A stretch of DNA of 63,377 bases, counting the filler. It is 12 parts of 12 records of this genome, joined end to end, with 100 filler letters (N's around TTAATTAATTAA, not from the genome) between each part and the next. Parts side by side here need not be neighbours in the genome. Positions count along the whole stretch, not along the records: positions 32,640 to 36,616 come from SRR7504441_21586; positions 36,717 to 45,168 come from SRR7504441_21600; positions 45,269 to 52,508 come from SRR7504441_21613; 9 more parts are not named here. The stretch is one strand, 5' to 3'. The notes below the pieces were generated by a model. The model saw only the letters and a program-made list of their open reading frames with translations. It was not told where the DNA came from and did not search any database. The position numbers and the translations under genes are program-made. Positions 36,446-49,086 of this stretch are shown here, piece by piece (position 1 is the first letter of the stretch; every line of letters starts with the position of its first letter).

Positions 36446-36498
36446 CGCTGCTCAACCTGGGCAGGGGGGGGCGCTGCTCAACCTGGGCAAGGGGGGGC
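36446..36498. repeat. 26-nt direct tandem repeat, 2 copies
   Basis: CGCTGCTCAACCTGGGCA(G/A)GGGGGGG twice. Confidence 0.8.
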
Positions 36499-37230
36499 GA
36501 TCTCGATGGTGGTGGTCCAGGCGGAGCATTAGCTGCGCACAGTGACCATGGCGGAGGATGGCGAGGTCAAGACCGAGCTGCAAATCCAGGCCACACCCTG
36601 CTACCGAGCCAGGCTCNNNNNNNNNNNNNNNNNNNNNNNNNNNNNNNNNNNNNNNNNNNNTTAATTAATTAANNNNNNNNNNNNNNNNNNNNNNNNNNNN
36701 NNNNNNNNNNNNNNNNACGACAGAAATTCCCAAGCTCCCCGCCACCTAGGTTGCCAAAGCTGCCGGGAGGCCTGCAATGTGCGATATTTGACAAAATGGC
36801 GCCGGCATGGCGAGTGGCCGCGGCGACCAGGCGCGCTCTGCAGTAACAGCCAGCTACCCGCGCTGCCCGGACCCGGGATACGCGGCCTCGAGCCACTTGT
36901 CGGGGCTCGGAGTCGCCCTCATCATCCGGGCAGCCAGCGGCCCATCGCTATTAAGTTGACGACAGCATAACCCTACAGGCTGCAGACCATTGTTCCCCAT
37001 GTTCTTTACATGGTGGACGAGCGTGGCCCGGGCCGTGCTGCAGCTCTAGGGGTGCCCGATAGGCGCCCGAGGTCTAGAGCCATAGTCTGGAGCTCCGACT
37101 CGCCGACTCGCGTTGGGACATTCAGTCATGTATGTTCAGGCATTGCTCAGAGCGACAAGAGACGATCTACGTTGGCAAGGTCGGAGACGATCCATCGAGG
37201 CACGCCCTTTGCCGCAGAGCAACCGGCGGG

Positions 37231-40200
37231 ATGCAGAACAACTCGATCCTGGACCAGCTCTTCGCCTCGGCCCAACCGGCCCCACAGGCCCCGCCGACCC
37301 AGCCCATGTACGCCCAGCCCGGGCTCGACTACGGCATCCAGCAGCCCCCGCCGGTGCCTGGCCCACCCATCGACCAGAGCTCCGCGATGCTCAAGTCGAT
37401 GCTCGGGATGAGCAGCGCGCCCCCGGCCCAGCCGCCCCAGCCGCCGCCCGTCTCACAGATGCCCCCGCCGCAAGTCTCGTCTCAGCCAGGTGCGCACGCT
37501 GCCTAGCCCCACCTGCCCCCGGCGCGGCGCCTAGTTCGAGCCTGGGCCGCCAGCGAAGCGTACTCACTGGGGCGGGTGCAGCGCCCGCTGTCTCCAGCGC
37601 TCCCGTGCTGCCGATCGGGGCCGAGCTGGTCGAAATTCCGGGGCGGCTGAGCGGAGACCCGCAGGCAGCCCGGTCCAGCACCGAAGGCGTGAGCCTCGGG
37701 CCGGGTGATGCAACCTACAAAGTGAACTGGCCGGTCGTGGACGTGGACCCACAGGCAGCGGCCGGTGCCGGCCACTGGCTCAAGGGGTGGGTTCAGGTGG
37801 TGACCAAGGAGGTTTCGAAATGGGTGAACCAGCAGGGCCCTCTCGCTGAGAAACAGAGAGCCTACTGCATCGGCCAGACTGTGGCCGCCAACGATTCGTT
37901 CATCAGCTACGTGCTGCCATCAACAGCGTCGGGGGCTGTGATCAGGGTCATCTCTCGTGCCGAGCAAGGCGCGCGGAGCAAAATCAGGGAACCGTCGCGG
38001 ATTGTCGACATCAAGTTCTGTAACTGCCTGGACACCCGGCTGGGCGTGGTCAGCCAGCAGAGTATTTCTGTGTGGGAGCTCCAGCTGAATGCGACCGAGG
38101 ATGAGGTGACCAGTGTTAAGACATTCGACAAGAATCTGGTCAATGGCGATGCGGCTGCTGCGCTGTTCTGGCACCCGCTGTCTTCTTCCACTCTGGTATC
38201 GACGCACGGCCCCGGCCAAGTGGTAGTATGGGACGTCGAGGCGCCTTCGAGCGACGGCATGCCGACGCCTATGCTCACCTTGGATGGGGAGCACAACGGG
38301 CTGTGCCAGGTCAGCTGTCGGGAGGCTGCTGCTGACCTTGGGTGCAGGATGCGTCGTTCTCGGCTGGTGGCGAGATGCTGGCCACGGCGGGCAGCGATGG
38401 CAAGCTTGTGCTCTGGGACGTGGTGCTCTCATTGGTGGGCCGCGGCAGCTCAGACCGTCTGTGCAGGTGAGTGGCTCAGTCCAAAGACAGTTCAGTGCTC
38501 ACGGTGGCAAACCGCTGCGGTGCGTGATCTGGTGCAGCAACACACAACCGGTGAACCGGCTAGTAGTGCTCAGTTATGCTGATTTGGGGGGATAGGAGGT
38601 GCAGACCGCTAATCTCAATCTTGGTCTGCTCGTGACTGGGGCTGACCGCAACTCCGAGATCCGCCTCTGGTCAACTGAGACCTGGTGTTGCCTCCAGGTG
38701 GGCACAGCGCGCTGGGTGGAGCTCACAGCGTGTGCTTGTAGACTGTTTCTCTGGTCGCAGGCCCGGATGCGGTGATATGTAATTATGCGGTCATGGATCC
38801 GTCATGCTCGTTCCTGCTCCTTGCCAACCTGGCACTTGGTTCCATGTATGCACTCCATCTGCGGCCGCCGACAGTGCTCCCGTCGCAGCAGGTAGACTCG
38901 TCCTTGTGCTGGTTTGACTATATCCGCGAATTCGACACTCAATGGCGGATTTCTTCACTGCTCTGTGCCTCAGCCGATGTGGTTGATGATGACGGGCACA
39001 ATTGCAACGCGACTGGCGCAGCTCTGCTCAAGCTCACGCTCTTCTGCTACCACCTGAGCTGCATAAATATGATTACGCTCAAGTCCGATGAGTGCTTCCC
39101 AGGTTTGTCCTGGCACTGCTCATATGATAGATTTGACAATCGATATGCAGCTAGTGTGACTGGTATCTGTGCGCAGGTATTCACTCACAGCCCGTGGAGT
39201 GCATTGCCACAGGCCAGACTGCAATCGGAGAGGCTGGCCCACACGACGACGATATTCAGCCAGAGCCAGCAGTCAACGCCACTTCAGAAGCAGTGCAAGC
39301 ATCAGACGAGGCTGTGATCCCTTGTCCAGCTGCAATCAGGACACACAAGCCAGCAGTGGAGGAGCTTCAGGACCCGAGTGGCGAAGTCATCCCTGCCAGC
39401 ATCACACCATCGCCCACTTCTGGCCAAGAGGAGCCAAAGGCACAGCCTGAGGGACCTCAGGAGCCGGTGCAGACCGGGGCATCCAGCCAGGTGCCCGAGC
39501 CAGTGCAGACAGGTGCCTCCAGCCAGGAGCCAGCAGCGCCAATGGAGCCTGCCCAGACCGGAGCCTCAAGTCAGCTTGAGGGACAGACTGGGGCAACAAC
39601 TCCACACACTGGAGAGATGGCCCAGGAGCAGAGCAACTGCACTGAAGCAGAGCAAGCTGCAAAGCAGCTAGATTTGGCCACAGAGCCTGCAAAGAAGACG
39701 GCACCAAAGCCTGTGCCTGCCTCCAACATCGCAGCTGGCCCCACAGGAGGTCCGGGTTTTGCAAAGCGGCAGTCTGCAACTGCAGTGCCTACAGCTGCAA
39801 CCAACAAGACCACACCTGCACCACCAGCTGGACCAAAGCCGAGCGCTGTCCAAGCAGCTGCAGTCCAAGAGCAGCTCAGCGGGTCGCAGACCGCACCTGC
39901 TCCGGCCCCCAAGCCCAAGTCAGAGCCAGCGGCTGTAGCTGCATCAAGCAACATGCCCAACCAAGACCTTCTCGGGGCATTGGTTCAACAGCTTGAAGGC
40001 AGTCTTCTCGACAAGCTAAAAGGCCACACCGACAAAGTCCTTGCTCGATTCGAGAAACAGCAGACTGAGCGTGAGAAAAGGATTGTCAATGTAATCCAAT
40101 CTTCAATCGGTGCCGTTGTGCAGAAGGAAGTCCAGAAGGAGGTGAAGAACACAATCGTGCCGGCGTGCACACAAGCTGCTGAGGCCCAGCTCAAGTCTGC

Positions 40201-41021
40201 CGTTTCTAAGTTGGACAAGACAGTTGCCAAGCACCTGGACGAGGCTGTCACCAAGGGCCTGGGTGGTCCATCAGTGCGTGAGGTTTTCAAGGACTGCTTT
40301 GTGCAGCAGTTGATACCGGCTTTCGAGACCTCTGTGCAGGCAATGTTCAAGCAGATCAATAATACGTTCCTCGCAGGGCTTGAGGCCCAGGTTGGCAAGC
40401 CAATGCAGGGCCGGTTTGACAAGCTCCGGAACGAGTTGCTCCAGCAGGTCGGGGCCGCCTCACGCAACATCACCCAGAGCTCGCAGCAGCTCAGCCAGGC
40501 ACTCCAAATGCAGCAGCAGCTTGCTGTGTCGGGAGTGCAAGCTGCTGCCCCTGCTGCCCCGCCAGCCACACCGGCGGATCAAATTGGCGAGATGCTGGCC
40601 CAGAATCGTGTGTCGGAAGCGTTAGAGTTTGCTCTGTCACAAGGAGACCTCAGTTGTCTGATGCAAGTCTGCCGCACAGCTGATGTAGAGATTCTAGAGG
40701 AGAAGCCGTGTGTTGTCTCTCAGCCAGTGATTGGATCACTCATTCAGCAACTAGGGTGTGACCTCGAGACGGACTTTGAGATCAAGATGGAGTGGCTCCA
40801 GGTACTAGCTAGAAACCGCAAAGCCCGGGCTAACGGCTGGGCAGGCGGCGCTGCTGGGGCTGGATACTGATGATCCTGCCATGGGTGGAATGATCCCAAG
40901 TCTGCTCAGTGATTTATCGATTTCCTTAGATGCGAGCTTCAAGCTACATGCCGAGAAGAGCGATCCTAGCCATCAGTCAATCAAGTTGTTGACGCGCCTA
41001 GTCACGTCGCTAAAGAGATAG
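37231..41021 (+). CDS. EDC4: enhancer of mRNA decapping protein 4 / Varicose (Ge-1)
   Basis: WD40 region with VTGADRNSEIRLWSTETWCCLQT, FLLLAN and FDYIREF. C-terminal FKDCF..LIPAFE..MFKQIN and VSQPVIGSLIQQLGCDL..KMEWLQ. Confidence 0.88.
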
Positions 41022-41284
41022 TGACTTCTTGCATTATTTAAACCATGCTCGATAAAAGAGATAACATTACACTCCATACGGACTAAGTCTTGTACATGTA
41101 ACGGAATTGATGAATTGGCCGGGGCGATAAACGGGTCTAATTGGTCGACAAATTAGACGACTAAGAATTGTTTGAATGTTGATCCCTAACAACTTTGTGA
41201 CCACCAAATCTGAGTGTTGGATGGCAGTAAGAGCGAATACTACTTACATACTAGTTACGTGACAAAGCGACTGCACATGGAGCC

Positions 41285-43935
41285 CTACTCAATGCTAAAC
41301 TCGATTAGCGCTTTCTTCTCCTGCACTTGGTCTCCTACCGCGTACAAGATTTTGTCCACCACTCCATCCTCCGGGGCCGAGATCACATGCTGCCCGCACC
41401 AAACCAGCCAATCACAATGCGACCGCCCAGCCATAGCTACTAAGTGGGGTGCTAGGAATGTCAGCGCACCTCCATCTTCATGGCCTCCATGGCGATGATA
41501 GGAGTGCCCTTCGCCACTGTCGCGCCGGCCTCCACCAGAATTTTCACTATTTTGCCGGGCATTGGCGACAAGAGTCCGCCCCCGAATCCATCGCCAGCTT
41601 GGCTCAACGCCGCGAGCCCCGGAATGCCTGACCCCGCGCTAACCTTTGCTAACCGGCCCAAGTGCGCACTGCAGTGCAGGTGGTTGCCACATGGTCGGAA
41701 CAGATGAAGATGTTCCCCGAGCTGCACTAGCCTGGCCCGCAGCTGCCTATCGTCCACTTGAGCCTGAATCCAGCCATCCTCTCCCAGCTTAGCTGCCACC
41801 TCGAAGCAAGCTCCGCCGTGCTGCCCCGGGCTCGCCCCCGCCGGCCTGGGCTGGCTGCCTGCACTGTGTACTCTCCATCGGCCTTTTGCTCCACAAGCAG
41901 CTCAGTTGGGCTCTCACCAGCCTGCAGCTCCAACTCGACTGGCCAGCGCAGTTTGGTGTTCATCCGCCAGTTGTGCGACACACTCCACCCTTGGCCGGAC
42001 TGGGCAGCCAAATCCAGCCCGACCGCCGCCAGCACCATGCTCGTATCCGTCTCGGGCCCGATTGTACCGGCAGCGGGCACCAGCTCGTCGTAGTACTTTT
42101 CGATGAATCCAGTGTCGACCTTGTCAAACGCCACAAACGCCGGGTGGGTGGCCAGGCTGCGCAGGAAGCCGATGTTGGTGGGCACACCGACCACCTGTCC
42201 CAGGGTGAGCTGGGCGCCGGATGATGCTCGCCTGGTACGCTGCGAGACACTGAGTGAGTTTGTCGAGCGCTTGGTCGCGATCAGGCGCCCACACCACAAG
42301 CTTGGAGATCATAGGGTCGTAGAAGGTGGACACCGTGTCGCCCTCCCGGACACCGGTCTCCACCCGCACGTTGTCCAGGTGATCAGGGGCCACCAGATGA
42401 TGCAGCTTGCCAGTGGCAGGCAGGAAGCCCTGGGCTGGGTTCTCAGCATAAATCCGACCTGCCAACTGTATTCAGAGCGAGCCCGCCGGCCAGGCACCCT
42501 CCACAGAGTGCCCAAAGATACTCAGCTCCTCTTGCTGTTTGGGCAGCGGCTGGCCGGCCGCCACGCGCAGCTGCCATTCGACGAGGTCTTGCCTCGTGAT
42601 CATCTCGGTGACCGGATGCTCGACCTGAAGCCGCGTGTTCATCTCCATAAAGTAAAACTTGCCTGCCCCCCCGATCCCCAACCCGTCGCCAGCCGGGGGA
42701 CACCATCCACGGCGTCCATTATGAACTCCACGGTGCCGGCTCCGTGATAGTTCACCGCACGTGCAGCCGCGACCGCCGCATCGCCCAGCTCGGTACGGAG
42801 CGCATCATCAATCCCTGGCCCGGGCGCCTCCTCGATCACCTTCTGGTGGCTGCCCCCAGGCTCAGCCTGCCCATCTCGCCCGCCCACCGGCGCTGAGTGG
42901 TGCAGTCCCGTTCAAAGAGGTGCACGTAGTTGCCCAATTTATCACCAAATACCTGCCTCTGCTCACCCACACTCACACGCGCGGCCACCTGCACTTCCAC
43001 GTGCCGCGGCTGCTCCACAAACTTCTCCACCAGGAACTTGTCGTCTCCGAACGCGTTCAGCGCCTCGCGTGTGGCCGATTCGAGGGCCGGCTCGAACTCT
43101 TTCTCAGACCAGACAATCCGCATCCCCTGCGCACAGCTCGACGGCACGATACACCGAGCCGGACCTTGCCCCCGCCGCCCATCACCGCCTTGAGCATCAC
43201 CGGGTACCTGTCCGGGCTCGGCCACACCAAGATGCGGGCCGGCACCCGATCCGTGCGGCTTCCTTTTTGAGCCTAGTCGGGCTCAGATCGGAGACGTCGT
43301 GGTATCCAGGCACGCACGGCACTCCGGCCGCCTCCATCAGCGTCTTGGACTCACTGCCCGCCGGCTCCGACCGCCCAGCCGCCCAGGCCGACCTCTTTGA
43401 GCCCATGGCCTGGATGGCCGAGGCCGGCGGACCGACGAACTCGACACCGGCGGCCAGGCAGGCTGTAGCAAACTCGGCGTTCTCGCTCAGGAAGCCGTAG
43501 CCCGGGTGGATGGCCTGGGCGCCGCTCCGGGCGGCCACCTCCAGGATTTTGTCCCCGCGCAGGTAACTCTCCGCCGACGGGGACCGGCCGACGTTGTAAG
43601 CCTCGTCGGCCTGCCGCGCTGCGTGAGAGCGCCCCGCGAGGGCGGGCACCATGGTGGCGTGGCGTGAGCCGGCGTCGGCGTCGGAGAATACGGCGACTGT
43701 CTTGACTCCCATCTCCCGGGCGGTCTTGATCACCCGGCATGCGATCTCGCCTGCCGGACCGGTCGGTTGGCGCTCCGGGGGTCGGCGGGCCTCGGTTGGC
43801 GATCAGGAGCTTCTCAAACGGCCGGGCACCCGAGCAGAACAGGGCTGCGCGCACACAGTCGGACCCGGCCCCAGGCGGCGCACCGCGATGGACCAGCCCG
43901 GAAGCCCGCCTGGCGCCAGAAGAGACAGCGAGCAT
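41285..43935 (-). CDS. MCCC1: 3-methylcrotonyl-CoA carboxylase alpha (biotin-containing) subunit, mitochondrial (~14 introns)
   Basis: Transit-like N-terminus; [73 protein letters not shown] and biotinylation site EAMKM. Confidence 0.9.
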
Positions 43936-44598
43936 TGATGATTGCCGTTCAGGCGTTGTTGTTGTTGGATTCAAGCTTGAGAAGCGGTACGAGTTCGTAT
44001 ACGTAGCTGAGGGTTTATATCCAATTACATCGTTCATCAAAACTCTCAGGAAGGAAACCTCCTTTCAGCAACGCACCATAATATTGTTGCATTGATAGAT
44101 AATCACCCGTCTTTGTATCCTTAATTTGTTCGAAATAAAACGTGTAGCATTGGTCAGGCTTGTAATTTCCCATCTTTGGGTCGAGCTTGACTAGAAGGAG
44201 CGTACAGAGCAGGGCAATCAGCGTTCACATTCACAAGAAAGAACAGCTTGTTTTCCCAAGACCTAATAGTGGCAACATCATCTTCATCGATTCCATTACA
44301 CTCGCCTGTGAGAACAGAAAATACATTAGCCATTGATACACCAAGGAAAGTAGTGTAAGAAGTAGCACAGGGCCACCGTATAAAGGCGTAGACTGCATGC
44401 TGTGTAAGATGTGCGCGACGCCCTCAGCCTTGATGTGGCCGATCATGACCGGAAGGGCGACCCCAGACGTCGGCTCGAGCCATCTTCCCCACCCTTCCAA
44501 GGTCGGTGTGCTCTTCACGGTCCAATCCGCGATCGAGCGCTGCGGCGATCGGGCGATGCCCTCCCCAAGTAACGGACTCTGAATCTTGGGTTTGAGGA

Positions 44599-44877
44599 AT
44601 GCAAGGTGCGTCGTCGTCGTCCAGGTGTGCGCCGGCGGTGGTCCCGAGGCCGGACCAGCAGGGCAGGCTGGGCCTGACGCCAGACCAGCAGCGTCGGGTC
44701 ATGCGCGAGGAGCTCCGCCGGAGCCGCGACGTCGAGAGCGCCGCCTGGCCGATCGGGGCGCCGCAGGTGGGGAGCTGGCTAGATAGATATAGCCCTGATG
44801 GCGCAGCTGGCCCGCGCAGACGTCTAGTCGAGCCCCCGGGCCGGTCAGAACTGCGGATCGGCGCCGCCCGGGGTTAG
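44599..44877 (+). CDS. small hypothetical protein (exon structure and 3' end uncertain)
   Basis: GC-rich ORF with helical-looking core (LTPDQQRRVMREELRR), preceded by TAACGG at 44570. Confidence 0.35.
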   Translation: MQGASSSSRCAPAVVPRPDQQGRLGLTPDQQRRVMREELRRSRDVESAAWPIGAPQVGSWLDRYSPDGAAGPRRRLVEPPGRSELRIGAARG

Positions 44878-45268
44878 TGGCTAGCGAGTGATATGGGGAG
44901 GGAGCGCCGCGGCGGTGGGTGAGCTGCCGGACAGGGGTCGGAGCTGTGCAAGGCTAAGCGGCGGGCCCAGCAGAACCGCAAGGAGAGCAGCCTGGAGTGC
45001 AAGGAGAACCAGGACCCGTAGGCGGCGCACTGGTGGCGGGCAAGCGGACAATGATAGTCACAACAATACTGAGCGGACGTAGTAGTTATTAGCGGTAGGA
45101 CACAACTCACCCGCCTGATACTTCCATATATAAGCATTTATTAGAAAGTCGGAGCCCTAGGGCCCACANNNNNNNNNNNNNNNNNNNNNNNNNNNNNNNN
45201 NNNNNNNNNNNNTTAATTAATTAANNNNNNNNNNNNNNNNNNNNNNNNNNNNNNNNNNNNNNNNNNNN

Positions 45269-45281
45269 GCTCTTCCGATCT
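45269..45281 (-). other. Illumina adapter remnant at contig start
   Basis: GCTCTTCCGATCT, the reverse complement of AGATCGGAAGAGC. Confidence 0.9.
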
Positions 45282-45640
45282 TAAAGACAACGTTTTAAAC
45301 TGAGCAAACCGATGGTTTGGTCTAAGCCTCGATGTATCCAGGATGGACCTCGTGATTGATCAATTCATTCAAGCTGGCGTGTGCCTCCTGGTGTCTCGAG
45401 AGGCGTGGAGAGATCATGCTCGCTTATGCAGCCCGACATCTTAGTAGCGACATCAATATGGCCCATAAAATGCAGGCGGTGGGCGAGGCGGCGGCCACGC
45501 CAAACCTGCACACCGGCACAGTTTGCTCATCCCTGGCCAGCTATTAGAACGGCCTAGCGAGCGGTGATTCTGGGCACTAGGCGCCAGTTGGGCTGTGCGG
45601 CCCTGCGCTGATGCTAACAGAGCAGGCCAGTCGCCAGTGG

Positions 45641-46030
45641 CTAGCTGGTGCCCAGAATCACCTCTGGCGACAGCATGCAGGGCCCAGGCCAGTCGCAGCG
45701 GCAGACGGGCACGCACCGTAGGGAGTGAAGGGAGGCGCCTGATGAGCCCAGAAAGCTCCGCGCGGCTCATACGCCCGCCTGTCCAGCCACACAGCGCTCG
45801 ATGGCGGGCCGGGCCAGCGCGGCCACCCCTGCCTGTAGCCGGGCGGCCTGTCCTGCGTCCGGCTGTGGATCCACTGCTGCCTGAGCCTCACCTCCTCGCG
45901 ATGCTCCGCCTCCTGCTGGGCGCAAAGGTCGCGCACCGGCTGGTTCACGTGCGCCGGCACCTCCAGCTGCCCGGCACAGCTCAGCCCGGCCCCAGCGGCG
46001 CCACAGCACGTCGGTGAGCTCGGCCTGCAT
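45641..46030 (-). CDS. small hypothetical protein (~80 aa, 3 introns)
   Basis: Hand-spliced MQAELTDLEVPAHVNQPVRDLCAQQEAEHREEVRLRQQWIHS..PFTPYEVILGTS*. The first intron has a typical CTGAGC...GGCAG end. Confidence 0.5.
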
Positions 46031-46048
46031 CCAATCGGCGGATTGGAT
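46029..46048. promoter_or_regulatory. inverted CCAAT-box pair between divergent start codons
   Basis: ATCCAATC-GGCG-GATTGGAT, a perfect 8-bp inverted repeat filling the 24-nt spacer. Confidence 0.5.
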
Positions 46049-46054
46049 TGCGAA

Positions 46055-46968
46055 ATGGGCGGAAAGAGCTCACGAGGGGACCGGGATTATGACCTGGAGG
46101 AGGCCAAGGAGACCAAACTGCAGTACGGCGGGGCGGTCAGGACCACGCTCCTGGTCGCGGACGCTGTCCTGGCGGTGGCAGGGCTGCTGATGGCCATCCT
46201 CGAGCACCAGATGGGCTGGCGAGCGCTCGGTAACCGCTGGCTGGCTCGGGCCGCCCAGAGCCCGGGGGGCAGGCGCCGGCCAGTGCGCGGCCGCAGCGGT
46301 GGGCGGCCTGGCGGCCTGCTGCCGCTGCCGGCGGGTCATGCTGGCCTCCACCCTGGTGATCGTGGGCATCGGCATATTCGCCGGGTACAAAGTGTCCCAA
46401 TTGGTCCAACAGGAGCACCCGCCAAGCGACCAGCTGGCAGTCAATCTGACCGCGGCCTTATTCGGCCTGGTGCCCGCCCCCGCCCCCGCCCGTCCAGCCG
46501 GGGGCAGCTCAACCTCCTGGTGGTGCTCTGGATTAATTCCACGCAGTGCTGCTTCCCTGATGAAGACCAGTCGGCCTCCAGTGCGGACACCACAGAGTTG
46601 CTCAAGGCACCCCACCCCCTGGCCGGGGTTCAGCCGTCGCCGCAGCACGACCCTTCCGAGCCGAGCTGGCGACAACGGGAGCGCCAGAGGGAGCGGGTGC
46701 CTGGCGGCTCCGTACCTGGGGGTGAGGATGGGTGCAGTCTGGCAGGCGTGCCAGCAGCGACTCGCGGGGAGGGAGCCGGCGGGAGGATCTGGAGGCCCCG
46801 GTGGATCAGGGGGAGGACTTTGGGGTCTACGAGAGCCCAGTCAAGCCGCAGCAAGACGAGCGATTGAATGAGCGAGCTGTCGAGCCAAAGGAGGAGAAGG
46901 AGCCGAGCAGGCCGCCGCCCCGGCAGGAGCCGGCCAAGCGTGCGCGCGGGGCGAGCGGCGGGGGCTGA
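46055..46968 (+). CDS. four-TM (tetraspanin-like topology) membrane protein with charged C-terminal tail
   Basis: After splicing there are four hydrophobic segments, with GGLAACCRCRR after TM2 and CC after TM4. Confidence 0.6.
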
Positions 46969-47181
46969 TGCGGGGGGCAGCTACGGGGCTGGACTACGAG
47001 CTGGGGGATGAGAACACGTTTGGACAGGACAATGAAAGGTCACGTTTCGGCTGGTGATGAGATCAAGCTGGCCAGCAACGAAACGATCCATCTTCGCACG
47101 CTCACGACCGCTTATCTGAGCGGCTGAATCATTATTAGAGTGACCATCAATGGTCGTAAAATAGTTATGAAACCAATTTAC

Positions 47182-47219
47182 ATGATTGTAATCATGATTG
47201 TAATCATGATTGTAATCAT
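47182..47219. repeat. 12-nt tandem repeat ATGATTGTAATC x3 (each unit near-palindromic)
   Basis: Seen directly in an AT-rich convergent spacer. Confidence 0.85.
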
Positions 47220-47447
47220 ATCGGACAATCAATCGATCTAGAATAGATCTGATCTACCGGTATAGACAATCAATATCATTCCTTTCTACCGGTAGTGCGC
47301 CTCAATGTCATTGTGATCCCGAATGGCATAAACCCGTTTAAATAGTGTCTGTTTTCATTGAACAATCAGTCAATCATGTTCACCTACACTGAATCATGCT
47401 AAGTCATTAGTTACTCATCTCATCATTCATCAATCGTTTGGCGCGAA

Positions 47448-48634
47448 TCACATGCCAGAGTCCACGCCCGACGATTGCCGTTCCTCAGCCACCAGCGCCC
47501 GGATGGTAGCCGTGAAGCAGCCGCCCGTCTGGTGCAGCGCACGTGCGTTTGCTTCCGAGTCCGTGAAGCCCATTTGCTCCAATTCGCGCAGCTGAATCGT
47601 GTCGGCCGCGGACGAGGGCACGACCTTTGCGGCCTGGGCTGGCTCTGTATCGCAGCTGGGAAAGTCCTTGTCCAAGTCAGTTGGCTGGCCGGGCGGCGAC
47701 ACCACTGCAGATGCTGGCACTGGCACAGCCATCGCTGGTGGCTCCCGGACCTTTCTGCGGGCGGAGATGCAGCCAGCAGCCGCCGCCAGTCCCGCCAGCG
47801 CCAGCGCTAGCAGCGTCATCCAGCATTCGCCGTCCTGCTCAGCATCAGCTGCTCCTTCATCGTCATCGGCTTCCCGTCTAAGCTCCTCTTCATTCTCCTC
47901 AAATCTGGCCAGCCCGGACCAGAAGTGGTTGTAGTCCGTGTCATCTTGTTGGCCGGGCTTGTCCTTGAGGCAGCTCGCAGGAGGCAGCTCGCCCAGCGTG
48001 ACTTGCCAGCCCTGTGACACCTCTCAGCCAGCCCCCAGGCCCAGCCAGCCACCCCAGCGCAAGCCTCAGGAGACTCACCCACCAGCGATTCCACCTCACG
48101 GCACCGCTGCGACGCCTCGCACCACGCGCGTGGCCCGTTGTCAAGGCACTCGCGTGGCCCGTTGTTAGGGTTAGGGTTGTCCTGCGCGGCGCTCAGCCGG
48201 TCAAGTTTCCGGCCCAGCTCGCGGTTCTGGGAGGTCAGCCGATCTAAATCGCGCGTGCTGGCCGCCGCGCTCGCCTGGAGCCGGTCGACCTTCCGGGCCA
48301 GGTCGGTGGACGCGCAGGCGGGGGTGGCCGCGCAGAGCTTGTCCACGAGCTCGCTTTTCTCGATCATCCCGACGTACCCAACGGCCAGCCGGTCGAGTCG
48401 GCGCTTGAGCTCGCGGACTGGGAGCCGGAGGAGCTTGCGGGGCGAGTGGGCGTCGAGCGAGTCGGCCCAGTCGGTGAGCCGGCCGGCCCACTGGTTGGCT
48501 TGGTCGGTGAGATCGCCCGCAAACTTGTCCACGAGCTTATCCATCTGGCGGAGGGGGTCGGGCGGGCGGGCGGCGGCCAAGGCGGCGAGGAGCAGCAGCG
48601 CGGCGAGGGCGGTCTGGATGGCGGACCGGTGCAT
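47448..48634 (-). CDS. type I membrane protein: signal peptide, SAP-like helical domain, coiled coil, TM and C-terminal UBA
   Basis: LPVRELKRRLDRLAVGYVGMIEKSELVDKL is MANF-C/RNF34-type SAP-like. TM WMTLLALALAGLAAAAGCI. UBA LRELEQMGFTDSEANARALHQTGG. One 41-nt intron. Confidence 0.75.
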
Positions 48635-49086
48635 GGCAGACCGATGCGCTCGCCGGGCGAAGCCAAGGAGCGCGGTGTGATGTCATCCCGGCGTTTCACA
48701 CCGCTGTGTCCGTTAGAGTCTTGAATCTTCGCCGCCGATGCGCGATGGAGCCGGGGCGCTGCCCCGCGTGCCCCGGTGATGATCAATATAGTGATGATAC
48801 AGCAGCGGCCCGTGGCATGCTCCAACCACATTTGACCTCACATCCATGGGTGAGTGGGCTCTAACCGGTCTATAGCTCTGAATGACGTGAATGAGCTCTG
48901 AAGATGAATGATTTCTAGGTGGCGCGTTGTGCTTGGCGCAGGCTTGGCGCTTACGCCTAGGTTCTAGGTTTATAAAAGCTACAACTGCTCAGTATCGTCC
49001 GCTCCTACTAGTAAGTACGTATACTCAGTTCAACACCACGTTTACGTACGAGTACGTAGAATATTGGTTTCACAAGAGCCTCAATC

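Noticed and set aside
44231..44518. 95-aa minus-strand hydrophobic ORF
   Set aside because: GTG start, no recognisable family, no intron signature; cannot be supported as a gene.
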